The translations under genes and the position numbers were made by a program. Shown here piece after piece: positions 24,818-36,365 of a DNA stretch of 64,000 bases. The stretch comes from Zancudomyces culisetae HAW-14-8 (Eukaryota > Fungi > Kickxellomycota). The stretch spans positions 62,001 to 126,000 of the forward strand of contig JBNJNM010000007.1 in the NCBI GenBank assembly GCA_052426225.1, written 5' to 3'. A model generated the notes under the pieces. The model did no database searches. It was not told the origin of the DNA and was given only the letters and a program-made list of their open reading frames with translations. Numbering within the stretch: position 1 is the first letter of the stretch; every line of letters starts with the position of its first letter.

Positions 24818-26288
24818 CTTATCAGAATTTATTGTTTCAAGGTCATATACATATCAAGATGCAAATTCAATAAATTTCAACCACAAACCCTCTATATACC
24901 CCGAAACAGATTTTCTTTGATCGATACATAAGATTTAAATAGTAATGACCCTTTTAGTGGCCAGGGTATTTTGAGCTTAGCTAGTGCTGCACTTACACAT
25001 TGACAGCAGACTATGTGTATTCCTGTTTAGTGTGGAAAATATCTACTACTTGGTTGATTGCTGACAATCGAAATTCTATTTCTCTTCTGATGGAATTGAG
25101 AAGGCTGTTTATAAAGATGGATTATGTCTAGTTTTTATTACCAAAAGTAAATATCAAAATATTGATAACAATGTTGTTTTTTCAAATTTTTTTAATTTAG
25201 GGTAGTATGCTTACCAAAAGCAAAACCAAACAAAGTAAAGGCGGATACAAATTAGTATATTCAACCAAATCGGGTTCCTATTCGCACAATTGGTCCTGTT
25301 TAGTGGTACTTAATCCCCTATTGTTTTCTATTGTTAGTCAGGAGATTTTTTCTTTCTTTTTTAATAGATGAAAGCGTTTGTTGCTTTGAAAAAGTATACA
25401 CATGTTAAAATCCGCTGATTTTTTCTTTAGACTCGATTGTGTAAATCCCAGCTGATAAACGGATTTAGTGATTTGAACAAAGAAGATGACTGGCTTATCC
25501 TTAGAAATACAATAGAAATTGTGAAAAAATAGAGCGAGACGAGTGGTGATTATGTTGCAAAAAGATCTCATAAAAGTGTAGTTTGAGGAAAATGGCAGTG
25601 TAGATACGAGATTATATGCTTTAGTCTCTCCATGTGTAGAGCCTTGGGATTATCACATTTTCTAGTCAAGAAAAAAGTACCTAAATCGACTAAAACCAGG
25701 TTCAAGAGACAATCTGTTTTTTCATGATGCACACCTGTATGCTTTCTCTGAAGAGACAACTTTCTCCTATTTCTGCCCACAATGGCGTATACACAAACGT
25801 GTGTACATACTAGTGTTGATTACATCCTGAATAGTAGAGTGGGAATAAGATGATATCAATACCACTTTCTAAACTACTGCCTTATATTATAACCCACTAG
25901 TTTATAGTGATCAACATTCCAACAAATAACCTTACTTTTGTGAGTTTATTTTTTATTTTCTGCAAAAAACAGAGCCTTGGTTGATTTAGCTTTTTGAGCA
26001 TATTTGTAAAACATGTTGATTCTTACCAAATTTGCAATTTTTTCCATCCTGACTTCCTTCCGAAGGATTCTGGGCGTTTTTAAAGCTTATCATGGAGGAG
26101 CTGGAGGAGATGAGGAGTAGGGGGGGTGGGGGGTTATAAACAGTATAATTTTGTTTAAAAAAAACAGATGGGTGAAATCCCAACAAATATATCAGTTCTG
26201 GTTCGAATTTTTATTCATTTAGGTTTGCTTTTTGAATATAATTTTTTGAAGCGGCAATGATTCTGGTAATGATTATTTAAAACCAAAA

Positions 26289-27347
26289 ATGAGTTTTCTA
26301 ACTAGAAAGATCCTTGGGAGAGGCTCCGGTGAATTACCTGGAATGCTAAACAAAAGCGATCAACAAAATGGCAAGCTCATAGTTTACTCGGTTCAAAAGG
26401 TGTTAAAGTGAGTAGCATTTATTGTTCCTATCTTTGCTTAAAATTGTCATATACTAAGCTACGTTCATTGATTTCAGAAATATAACTAAAATATAACTAA
26501 ACAAAACAATATAGCTATGACCACAAAAAGCTATTTGCAGTAACAGCCGACGTTGATAATTACTATCATTTCGTGCCTTGGTGTGTGGGTTCGGAAGTAT
26601 TCGAAAAAACTAGAAAGACATTTGTGCGAAATGGTAATGTTAAAATAGTATGTAACTTAAACTCTAACAGCATGTGTGTATGTCTTTGTGTGTGAGACGA
26701 TACCGAAATTGTGATTAGATTTACATTTACGACATTACTAAAATAAAAAAATAATAATAGGTGCGAAATGTTCAACGTACAATGCAGAGCTAGTTGTTGG
26801 ATTTAGAGGATTAAATGAGAGATATACATCGCTGGTTAGCACTGAGGAGTATAAAATGGTCAAATCCGAGGCAGAAAATACAAGGATGTTTAAAAGGCTT
26901 AACAGCACGTGGACATTCATACCATTAGACAAGAATGATACACAAAGTGACTATCTTGAACCAGAAACAAACAATATAGTCACAAATCCAGAAAAAGATA
27001 TCCCTCTAATAGAGGTCTACAAGGAGGACCCCATGATAAAAGGCTACATTAGAAACCATTCTATTGTCCCAAGCAATCCGGTGATAGAAGAAAAATACTT
27101 TTCAAAAATGAAAGAGTTTGGCAGTCCCACGCATGATACGGGCAAAGAGGAAGTCACCAACTCTGAACTCTCAACGCTCGCCGAATCTTCCAAAAATAGA
27201 AATGAATTCAGAACATTGGTGAAACACGATATAGAATTTGAATTTACATCGGCTCTTTATTCACACATAAGTAGGCTGTTTTTTGATCAAATCACAAACA
27301 ATATCATAGAAGCATTTGAAAAAAGATGTAAAAAAGTGTTGGGATAA
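26289..27347 (+). CDS. COQ10: Coenzyme Q-binding START-domain protein Coq10 (274 aa, 3 exons)
   Basis: Exons 26289-26407, 26515-26633 and 26761-27347. Motifs ADVDNYYHFVPWC, AELVVGFRGLNERYTS, FKRLNSTWTF, IEFEF, IIEAFEKRC. Confidence 0.92.
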
Positions 27348-27448
27348 TATTCACAGAGCTTTGTGATACTCTTCCTACAATAAATAAAAGATAATCATTT
27401 ATAAAAAGAAAAACTCGAGCCTTGAAATTAATGGTTTCAAGCAAGCGC

Positions 27449-28408
27449 TTATTTCCTCGAATTAACTCGTCTAGACTTTCCTAATCTTTTGGATGAGCTG
27501 TTTTTGGATTTGAATTGTTTTTTGCCACCACCAGATGTCTTCATCTTTTTGGCGTTGAATCCACTCAAGTCATCAGTGCTATCGGCAGTATTTCTCTTTT
27601 TACCTCGTTTAACTCCTCCAAATCCGTACCTCTGATTTTTAGCCTGCCTCTTTGCATTTGGCTCATTACGATCTCTCTTTTTTGATGAAGAACCGCCTTT
27701 GTCATCCGCAATTGCAACAGAGAATTCGTCATCATTGTCACCATCGTTAATTCCTCCAGACGAGTTACTTTTTCTCTTTTTCTTAATAGCTTCAATCTTA
27801 TCCAGAGTCTCCTTTTTCTTTTCTTGTCTTTCACGGATTTTTTCATTTTGAACCTTCTTTCCAAACTTCTTCAATTCTCTCTGCCTCTTGGCCTCCTCAG
27901 CCTTTACAATAGCCTTATGCTCATTGAGCAATTTCGACTTGATTTTATCCATGTGCTCGTCGGTCTTGACCATTTCTGCAAAGTAATCGCTGGGTCTTGT
28001 AAAAGGTACCTTGGCCGCCAGAATCCGTTTTTTACCCAAGACAGCTGCCTCTAGTGCTTGATTGTATATAGCTGTCTCTATTTCCAAATCGTTGTCTACA
28101 TCAGCCACTTCTACGGGTTTGCTGCTAGTAACCGAACAGCGCTCTATCCATTCTAGTTTTTCAGGATTCAGTTCTTTTAACAATTCTTTGATGGCCCCCT
28201 TTTCAAATATTTTCTTTTTGACTTCTACATCCTGTTTCTCGTTCTTTATTTCCTCCAGAGCGGCCATTTCAAGTGCAATTTCGCGTTCATCATCGCTTCC
28301 ATTTATATCCTCTTGGGTCACCTGCAAATCCTTGAGTTCTTCTATTTCGACCTCACTACTCGAATCATCTTCTGGTACTATCTCCTTCTTTGATTTTACT
28401 TTTCTCAT
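27449..28408 (-). CDS. EBP2: rRNA-processing protein Ebp2
   Basis: DNDLEIETAIYNQAL, PFTRPSDYFAEMVKTDEHM, RELKKFGKKVQ, RYGFGGVKRGKKRN, KRLGKSRR. Confidence 0.95.
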   Translation of the reverse strand: MRKVKSKKEIVPEDDSSSEVEIEELKDLQVTQEDINGSDDEREIALEMAALEEIKNEKQDVEVKKKIFEKGAIKELLKELNPEKLEWIERCSVTSSKPVEVADVDNDLEIETAIYNQALEAAVLGKKRILAAKVPFTRPSDYFAEMVKTDEHMDKIKSKLLNEHKAIVKAEEAKRQRELKKFGKKVQNEKIRERQEKKKETLDKIEAIKKKRKSNSSGGINDGDNDDEFSVAIADDKGGSSSKKRDRNEPNAKRQAKNQRYGFGGVKRGKKRNTADSTDDLSGFNAKKMKTSGGGKKQFKSKNSSSKRLGKSRRVNSRK

Positions 28409-29810
28409 TATTCTATATGTCCTTTGTGTTTGTGGTATATTATTAAGATATTAAAAAAATTTTTAAACAGAACAATTTACAAATTTATTGCTTTGAACTC
28501 AAAAAAATTTTTTTTTAGCTTTTAACCTTCGATTTCGCAATTTGATTCTTTTTTTTTTTTGCTCAATTGATTTTTCAACTATTGGCTTACAAAAACAGGA
28601 AACACCAAATACCTTTTACTCAGCTAAAAAGTTGTAAAAGATGTAATGCAAATGCTAATAAAAATTAATGGTGTAATGGATGCAATCATAATTGGAAAAG
28701 CTAAGCCAAAATAGAGTCTGTGGCAGCCAAGCTGAAAAGGTTCCAGATGGAATTATTGTACATTTTTTTTGTGTTTAGACACCATCATCAGGGGAAATGG
28801 TTAAGGGATGAACTTCGCTTGATGGTACACATGTACCCCAGTTTTACTCCCAGCTATTTAATAGAAAAAAAATGTAATAACAATCTGGAAAAGATGCCCA
28901 GTCTCAATTATTACATTTTTTTCTTACCTAGTATACAAGAAGATAGTTTAAGAATAGCCGAATAAACTGCCACAGACGTGCTACAGGTGTTGTATTGTTC
29001 ATCAGTTTGTGTTGTGATACTGATTTATTAGAACAGATAATAAGATGGTTGTTAGTAGCCTCCCTCCCATACTACCACCCATTTAATAGACTTTTCTACT
29101 CGAACAGCGCGAAATCATCCTCCATTCTAACCTAATAGTAGCCATACCAGCATATTCTGGCACAGACTTGAGTCAGTACTTGGATACCACCACCACTAAC
29201 CTGTTTTCGTTGTATTTGGTCTTCTTTCAGACTAATAAATAGGTAGACTAAACATTAATGCCTACAAAGTGAGACTAGCGACTTGGTATGGTATTATTGA
29301 AAACTAAGTGTATTTTTGAATAAAAAAGTGCGACAGTTCATGTAAGGGTGTAGTCATTTCCCTGTCTCTTTTTCCTACTCTCAGTACTCCAGCACTCAGC
29401 ACTCAGCTCCCATCCACTCTCAAAAAAAACGGTTGAGCTCTTTTTCGTTTTTAAAAATGTTGAATTTTTTCTGTACTTTTATTCCTATACCCGGCTTTAA
29501 GTGTACATAAAATTTTTTCATTTAGGTGTTTTTTTTTCCCTCCCCCTAAAAAAAACACTGGAATTTCACCAGGAATAGTATCAGCCTATGCGATTGCCCT
29601 GGAAAAATACCCCCTCAAAAAAAAAACACCAGCTTTGGCTATTTGCTAACATTTTATAGTTTTCCTTTTACATTTTACTTAAAATAAAACCCAAAAGAAC
29701 ACTTAAGAAATCAATTCACACTCATCTCCCGATCAGTAATACCATAGCCGGATTTTTCTTCCATTTTCTAGGTTAAATATATTATAGAAATAGCTACCGC
29801 ATCAACATTA

Positions 29811-30833
29811 ATGTCGGATTCAGATAGTGAAAATGTTACAGAAAACGATTACGAATTTGGTAAGAAAATCCTTGTGATAAAGCTATTTCTCCCCTCTCAC
29901 CTTCCTCCAGCATACTATTAAAAAAAAAGAAAACTGTTTGTGCTAGCAAAAATAAGACAAGGAAATCGAAGACTAACCAACAGTATTTTTTAAACAAATA
30001 ACATAGATTCGGCGGAAGGCGAGACTGAGGATGAACCAGTATCTTGGATAGCCTGGTTTTGCTCATTAGTCGGTCATGAATTCTTTTGTGAAGTGGATGA
30101 GAGCTTTATCGAGGACGAGTTCAATTTGACGGGTTTGGCTGGACAGGTTAATTATTATCATAGGGCGATTGACACGATTTTAGATGCGGAAATGGAAGAC
30201 GAAGATTCGGTAGGCAGTGCAGAGCAAGAGATGATTGACACATCTGCCGATACTTTGTATGGATTGATTCATGCGCGGTATATAATTACAACGAGCGGAT
30301 TGCGACAGATGGCGATAAAGTACGAAAACGGTGAATTTGGAACTTGTGCTAGATACTTGTGTAAAGGAACCCATCTACTTCCTTGTGGGCTTTCGGACAA
30401 CTTAGATGTAGATTCAGTCAAATTGTTTTGTCCTAGCTGCCTGGATATTTACAACCCGCTAAACTCGAGGTTTTATTCTGTTGATGGAGCATTCTTTGGG
30501 ACAACTTTTCCTCATTTGTTTTTTGAAACATTCCAGGAGTATTGGCCTACCGACTCAACAGCTCTGTACATCCCCAAGATCTTTGGGTTTTCCATTAATG
30601 AAAGAAGTAATTCAGGAAGTCGTAGTAAATGGCTTAGGATGATTCCACCAAACTCTATATACAACAACTTGGATGAAGAAATGGCTTCTTCGGAAGAAGA
30701 GGATGGTGAGAGGAAAAAAGATGGCGATCCTGACCAGGAAATGAACTCAGAATCAAATAATGTTACCACCCCTAAAGATACCACCCCAAACTCGGCTAGA
30801 AATTCGTATCATCCACAACACAGTCTCGCTTAG
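29811..30833 (+). CDS. CKB1: Casein kinase II regulatory (beta) subunit (291 aa, 2 exons)
   Basis: Exons 29811-29859 and 30007-30833; intron GTAAG..GACTAAC..TAG. SWIAWFCSLVGHEFFCEVDESFIEDEFNLTGL, LYGLIHARYI, zinc finger CARYLC..CPSC, DGAFFGTTFPHLF, YIPKIFGF. Confidence 0.95.
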
Positions 30834-31432
30834 TAATTAAATATTCATCCATATTTTGCTTTTCTTGTTCCAGAAGACTTTACCAAGAACAACTTTAAGT
30901 TATTATCTTTATAATTTTATTTTCCGATTTACCTTGTTCTGTGTATGCTCCTCTTTATACACCTTTGTTTTTTTCACTACCATATACATTTCTCTAGTTG
31001 ATTTTTTAAAATTGAAATAAATACACACTTTTTTATATGAGAATGATGCGCCATCTACAAATTGGCAACATCTTTAATAGTATCTCGTGCTAAGCTGGAT
31101 ATCTTTTGTGTGCTACATTGGGTTTATTCAGATTACCCTTTGTATTTGCATTGATTTTTTTTTTCTGTATTTGAAAGTGAGAAATAAAGTGCAAAAAATA
31201 TTGGTGCGTGAATTGCAACAAAAATCATAGTTTGCTGATACTAAAAAATTCACCCATCCGCCCACCAATTCGCCCATCCATCCATATGTACCCTTTTTTT
31301 TTCTTTTTCTTTTTCTTTTGTTTTATAAAATTTGATTTCATGAGCACATACTATTTTCTAGATAAATCTATACTTGCTACTTAATTAAACCTTGTGAGAA
31401 TATATATATATAATTAGGAGCAAACACAAATA

Positions 31433-31996
31433 ATGACTATCCTTAGAAAGCTATTATTTCAATATAAGAAAACCAACTTTTTCTGGAAAAGGACCAGATT
31501 TGCTGGTGTAGATCTAGTGGGGAACATGTATTTTGAGAAAATTATGGGAGGTTAGTATGCTGTTTACCAATCTATATCTGTATATACCCTTTTTTTTTTT
31601 AAAAAAATAATTCCCTTGCAATATTTATATCCCAGATTCGGGGTTTTCACTTTTATTGTACTTTTTTAATAGTTTTTTCTAAAGATTATTTGTAACAACT
31701 CAGCTCGTAGGTCAAAAAGGTTTATAGAATACAAGTCAGGAAATGAATTAGATTCAATTCCAGTGTTATGGATATCATGGCTAAGACATGGAAGATCAGT
31801 TGCTCCCACCGAACAGGTATGCCTATCGCTTTTGGTATTCATATTCAATGCTTTAATAAATGAAAATGATTGTATTTTTTTTATTCTTTAGGATCTACTT
31901 GATGAGGAAAATCGAATTATTCAGTTGAGGAAAAAGGTGGAATTACTAAAACAGAAAGAGCTTGAAGCTGGTGAAGAGAAGGACTCTCATAAATAA
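31433..31996 (+). CDS. Complex I NDUFA12/NDUFAF2 (mimitin)-family protein (111 aa, 3 exons)
   Basis: Absent from the ORF track. Exons 31433-31550, 31704-31816 and 31892-31996 are phase-compatible. GVDLVGNMYFE and IPVLWISWLRHGRSVAPTEQDL, then a coiled tail, fit the assembly factor NDUFAF2 better than the structural subunit. Confidence 0.86.
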
Positions 31997-33041
31997 AACT
32001 CGTTTTACTAGCTGTACTCCATCGTATATTACTTCATTGATTTATTTATATATTTAATTTTATGTTTGGGAATGGGAGTGTAAAAGTAGAGGATTGTGTT
32101 TATTTAGATAAAGTTTGGTTTAGAACAAAGTCCATTGCTCTGCCCTTGCATGTACTTTTGGTTTTTTATATATTATCAATAGCTTCAGGGCAGTACACTA
32201 AGTATTACTGCTATGTTTTGTACAAGAGCGTGCGAGTTTCTTATCTAAATTACAATAAAGTTTTGAATAGTGGTTTTTGATCTTTTGAGATAACACTTTT
32301 GCTGCAGTTAAGCTGACCATCACAAACCGAAAGATAGAGAAAAAGAAAGTATCTGAGGCTTGAGTTAATAGGGCAAAAAAGCTGCAGAGCATCCTGGTTT
32401 TACAACCCTATCGAAATATAATCACATCAACAGAGAAAATACAATATGTATGTTCATGGGCCAAACCACTTAAGATTGCAGTCGAACCAGCTTTTTTTGG
32501 TGATTATTATGGTAAGATATAAAATAAAAAACCACTGTACACAGGAAAGCAAGCACTATATAAGCCTAGAGTTAAAGCTATATATTGTGATACATTCGTT
32601 TGATCGGCTTTGGTTAAAATCAAAAGATTAATCAACAATCACAGCCAAACAACATGGCTAGCTTTCAGTTCGATTTAGCTAGGAAAGAACAGAAAAAATC
32701 AATAAAAAAGACAAAATGAAAACAAAACGGGCAAATGGTGGACGTGGTGAAGTGAAGTTAAAATTGTAGCAGTTAACTGAAAGCGAAAGTGAAAGTGAAA
32801 ACTAGAAAGTACCTTTTACACCATAGATATACTATTTTAAAAGTCTTCATTAAAAACAGGAGGGGTGGGTACATTTAGCAATTTAAGAAGAAAAAACGTT
32901 TTGTATATCCAGAGTACAGTAGGGTCCATTTTACCAAATATCTGTGAGAGTATAGACGCTGGAATGTTATCCACAATCGATCAACTAGCACTGAAAGTAA
33001 ATATCCGAATGTAGTAAGAGCAACGCGAAAAAAATACCAAA

Positions 33042-35942
33042 ATGACCCTTAAAAGAAAGGAAGTGGGAGTAGAAGCTCAAGTGATAGATTCAGATAGCGA
33101 TTTAGAAAACAATGTAGAGGACACAAAACGACTCAAGCATGAATCAGATGTGAGCACTAGCACTAGTACTAGTACTAGCAAAGGTACGGATTCGAAAAAA
33201 CATTTTACCAAACAAAGCGGTTCGAGCGAGGGAAGATCGGGACAGGAAAATGTCGTTTACAACGAGGTTGGAAATGATCAAATGGCCAATTGCAAAGATT
33301 CTGTATTTGTGATAGACCTAGAAAACGATGAGGAGGTGGCGTATGAAAGATATTTGACTGAGGATACTCCCTCGATAGAAGATGAGGATTGTATCACTAC
33401 AACCAATGAATCCGCAATAGAAAATGCTATTACAACAGATGAAAACAAACTTGCAAATCAGAATATTTCTGGAGGACTTGAAAGTTTAGAAGTAGAAGGT
33501 GTGGAGGATATAGAGAATGAAGATTCCTTCAAAAAGGAACAAAGTGTAGATAAAGACGATAATACTTCAAAACCACAGGGTTTTATTACAAGTATTGACA
33601 AGCTTGGAAGAGAAAATCTGGAAATTTGGATATCAGAACATGAACCCGAGCCGAATGAATATAAGGATGAGAAAAATAGGGCAGAGAATGCAATATTCGA
33701 CATAAAATATAAGAGTGAAGAGGAGAGTGAATATGCTGTGAAGGCGATTACTCAAAGCTTTGAAGCAAAGGATGTATTTGAGGCTAGCCACAATAAAAAG
33801 ACCAAGGTATACCTTGATGCAGAGGCCAAGAAAAATAGAGAAAAATTGCAAAGATTCAAAAACAGAATCAAAAAAAACGGATTGTTAACATTTAGGCTAG
33901 CGAAATATGCGGCAAAATCGCATGCAGCAAAACAAGCACTGGAAATGAACAAAGTGGTGCCGTGGCTTATTTACAAAGCTCTATATGAATGGTATTTGGC
34001 ACATAAGGGTGATTACAAATACGAAGAAGGGTTTTTTGCAGATAAATGTGGCGAGTTTTTGAGCTTAATTGACAGAAAAAGCGTAAAAGACTCTGGATTA
34101 ACCTGTGCAAGCTTCAACTATCATTTTATGAAATGGTTTAATATAACTCTTAACGCAACATATTCTAAAATAAAACAAAACCTGAATGAGCTAGACAGAC
34201 TCAGGAAACAACAACCGAGCGAAGTTAAGGGAGTTAAGATTGGGTCAAAGAACGCGCCGATGGCCAAACCTGTGATTAGAATATGGAATAAAACCTCAGA
34301 CGCAGAGCTAAGTATGCTACTTTCGAGGTATGATAGTAAAAACATATTTGTTGTAACAACGACGGGTACTTACTATCGATTATTGCCTGATGAAAAGCTA
34401 GCAGAGACAATGATTCCAATACAAAAAACATCCGATTCTAACCAAGATGACCAAAAAAAAAGTGCATACGCGGGTGTAGAGGGAGAGAAACTATCAACAA
34501 TACTATGCTCCAACGTTGATGGAAGCGAGAAGCTTCCTCTCTGGATAGTCGGATCCACAGTTAATCAGAAGGAAAGTTTAAGATCGTTAGATAGAATTTC
34601 CTCGACAATTTCGAGGGCGGGTGGTTTTGAAGTTATGAATTCAGGGCCATCCAAGTTTGAGATACAATGCAACTCTGCGTATCACTCACAGAACAAAGTA
34701 AAAAATGGAAATGGTAGTAATATAAATGGCACTAGTTCGTTTACTCGTTCAAGAGGACTTGGGAACCCACCCATGCCTTTAAAACCAGGAAACAGTATGG
34801 AAAGATCGCAGAGCGAAGAAACCAAGAACACAGGTCTTGGTTGCGAAGAGAATGACTATGAAGGCGATGATGATGGTGATGATTTTCCGTTCTACTTGCT
34901 CTTCAACTCCAAATCTGTAGTAACACCATCAATGTTTGCAAATTGGTTGAGCTGGTTTGATGCGCGGCTAAAAATAAATAAAAATCGTAAAATCCTTTTG
35001 CTTTTAACTGATTCTGCTATCCACAGACAAGATGTTGCCAACGAAATGACGTTTACCAATATTAGGCTACTACACTGCCAAAACAGGTCGTTTGGCAATT
35101 TAGTACTTGACTTGGCTCTGGACTTTCGATTAAATTATCGCCTCCGGTATTACGACTACCTACTTGCAAGATTTGGGGTAAAACTGTACAAATCAGATTC
35201 GTTTTACTATCCATTTGAACTATCAAACAAAATGTTTTTTTGCAAAGATGGAAAAATGAATGTCGATTTTACATCCTCAAAGATTAGGCTACCTCCTGAT
35301 ATCATTTCGATTGTCGACGCTGCGTATTACCTTAACGAAGCTTGGGGACAGGGAGTTGAATCGGATTTTATTTGCTCTAGATTTTCCATATTCACTTCCA
35401 GCCTCTCTCCGCGGGCTAAAACACATTTGTATAAGTACAACAATGACAAAACACTAATCGAGTTAGAGTCTTTGATATTTGTTTTGATGATGGTACTAAA
35501 TCCAGTAAGTTCAAATGGCTCTTGTGAATCATCTTCTTTGGCTAGCTTTTATTCATTACACAACATCTATTTATACGCCTGTAACAATGCCAACAATTTA
35601 AATGATGGATTTCCTTCAGTATCCTATCCCTCCGACTTGACATTGTGTAATGAGCTGGATATCCCTTATTCTGATCTTCTCGAAACCGAAGTTACAAAGT
35701 ATGAAGCCGAAAAACCCAAAACAACCAATGTCGCCACCGTCACAAACCCAACGGACGAAGCTAAGAACCAGGTTGTTACTGGTGATAATGACGGTGGCTC
35801 AAGATACACTTCGTTTTCACCGACTCCCCTAGATCTTGGCCGGCTTTTAAATTATCCAACGGAATCACACGCGGATATTTCCCAATTTTCCGACACTGAT
35901 CTTTTGGATATGACGCTTGCCGATGTGATCTTCTATTTATGA
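33042..35942 (+). CDS. CENP-B/Tigger/pogo transposase-derived protein (DDE_1-like, catalytic residues lost)
   Basis: Intact 966-aa ORF with CENP-B-type HTH hint KALYEWY and DDE_1 landmarks NIFVVTTTGTYYRLLPDEKLA, TILCSNVDGSEKLPLWIVG, FANWLSWFDARLK..RKILLLLTDSAIH, FRLNYR and DAAYYLNEAW. Confidence 0.8.
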   Translation: MTLKRKEVGVEAQVIDSDSDLENNVEDTKRLKHESDVSTSTSTSTSKGTDSKKHFTKQSGSSEGRSGQENVVYNEVGNDQMANCKDSVFVIDLENDEEVAYERYLTEDTPSIEDEDCITTTNESAIENAITTDENKLANQNISGGLESLEVEGVEDIENEDSFKKEQSVDKDDNTSKPQGFITSIDKLGRENLEIWISEHEPEPNEYKDEKNRAENAIFDIKYKSEEESEYAVKAITQSFEAKDVFEASHNKKTKVYLDAEAKKNREKLQRFKNRIKKNGLLTFRLAKYAAKSHAAKQALEMNKVVPWLIYKALYEWYLAHKGDYKYEEGFFADKCGEFLSLIDRKSVKDSGLTCASFNYHFMKWFNITLNATYSKIKQNLNELDRLRKQQPSEVKGVKIGSKNAPMAKPVIRIWNKTSDAELSMLLSRYDSKNIFVVTTTGTYYRLLPDEKLAETMIPIQKTSDSNQDDQKKSAYAGVEGEKLSTILCSNVDGSEKLPLWIVGSTVNQKESLRSLDRISSTISRAGGFEVMNSGPSKFEIQCNSAYHSQNKVKNGNGSNINGTSSFTRSRGLGNPPMPLKPGNSMERSQSEETKNTGLGCEENDYEGDDDGDDFPFYLLFNSKSVVTPSMFANWLSWFDARLKINKNRKILLLLTDSAIHRQDVANEMTFTNIRLLHCQNRSFGNLVLDLALDFRLNYRLRYYDYLLARFGVKLYKSDSFYYPFELSNKMFFCKDGKMNVDFTSSKIRLPPDIISIVDAAYYLNEAWGQGVESDFICSRFSIFTSSLSPRAKTHLYKYNNDKTLIELESLIFVLMMVLNPVSSNGSCESSSLASFYSLHNIYLYACNNANNLNDGFPSVSYPSDLTLCNELDIPYSDLLETEVTKYEAEKPKTTNVATVTNPTDEAKNQVVTGDNDGGSRYTSFSPTPLDLGRLLNYPTESHADISQFSDTDLLDMTLADVIFYL

Positions 35943-36365
35943 TAATTAGCAGGTTAAATTTTTATAAACTATATCTGCACCTCTACCTCTACCTCTACCT
36001 CCCTCCCTTTTCACTTGAATATTATTTGTATTTTTTAGTTTACAAAGTGTTTTCAAGAGGCTAAAAAGTTCAAATATTTTAAAGAAAGTATAAAATGTTA
36101 ACACAATAAAGCTGATCTACAAATACTAGTTTGATTTATTTGAAACAAGCAAATGAGTACAAAGCAAAACGATAAATATTAGAAGATTATAATTAAAAAA
36201 AAGTAGCAAAAAAGAAAGAAAAAGAGATGAGAAAGCAATACTAGCTGCAGCTTGAACTTTTTTCGGATGCTACCATATATCCAGCTTGGCTCAAAAAAAA
36301 AAAAGAAATAAAGAAATAAAGAATGTTGGTGTTTATGATGAAAGTAAAAGCAGAGCTAAAAGCAA

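Noticed and set aside
26200-26210. GGTTCGAATT B-box/T-loop-like word
   Set aside because: No cloverleaf or A-box around it, so it is not a tRNA.
33042-35942. Active DNA transposon
   Set aside because: The catalytic motifs are degenerate and I saw no terminal inverted repeats or target duplication, so I treat it as a host gene.
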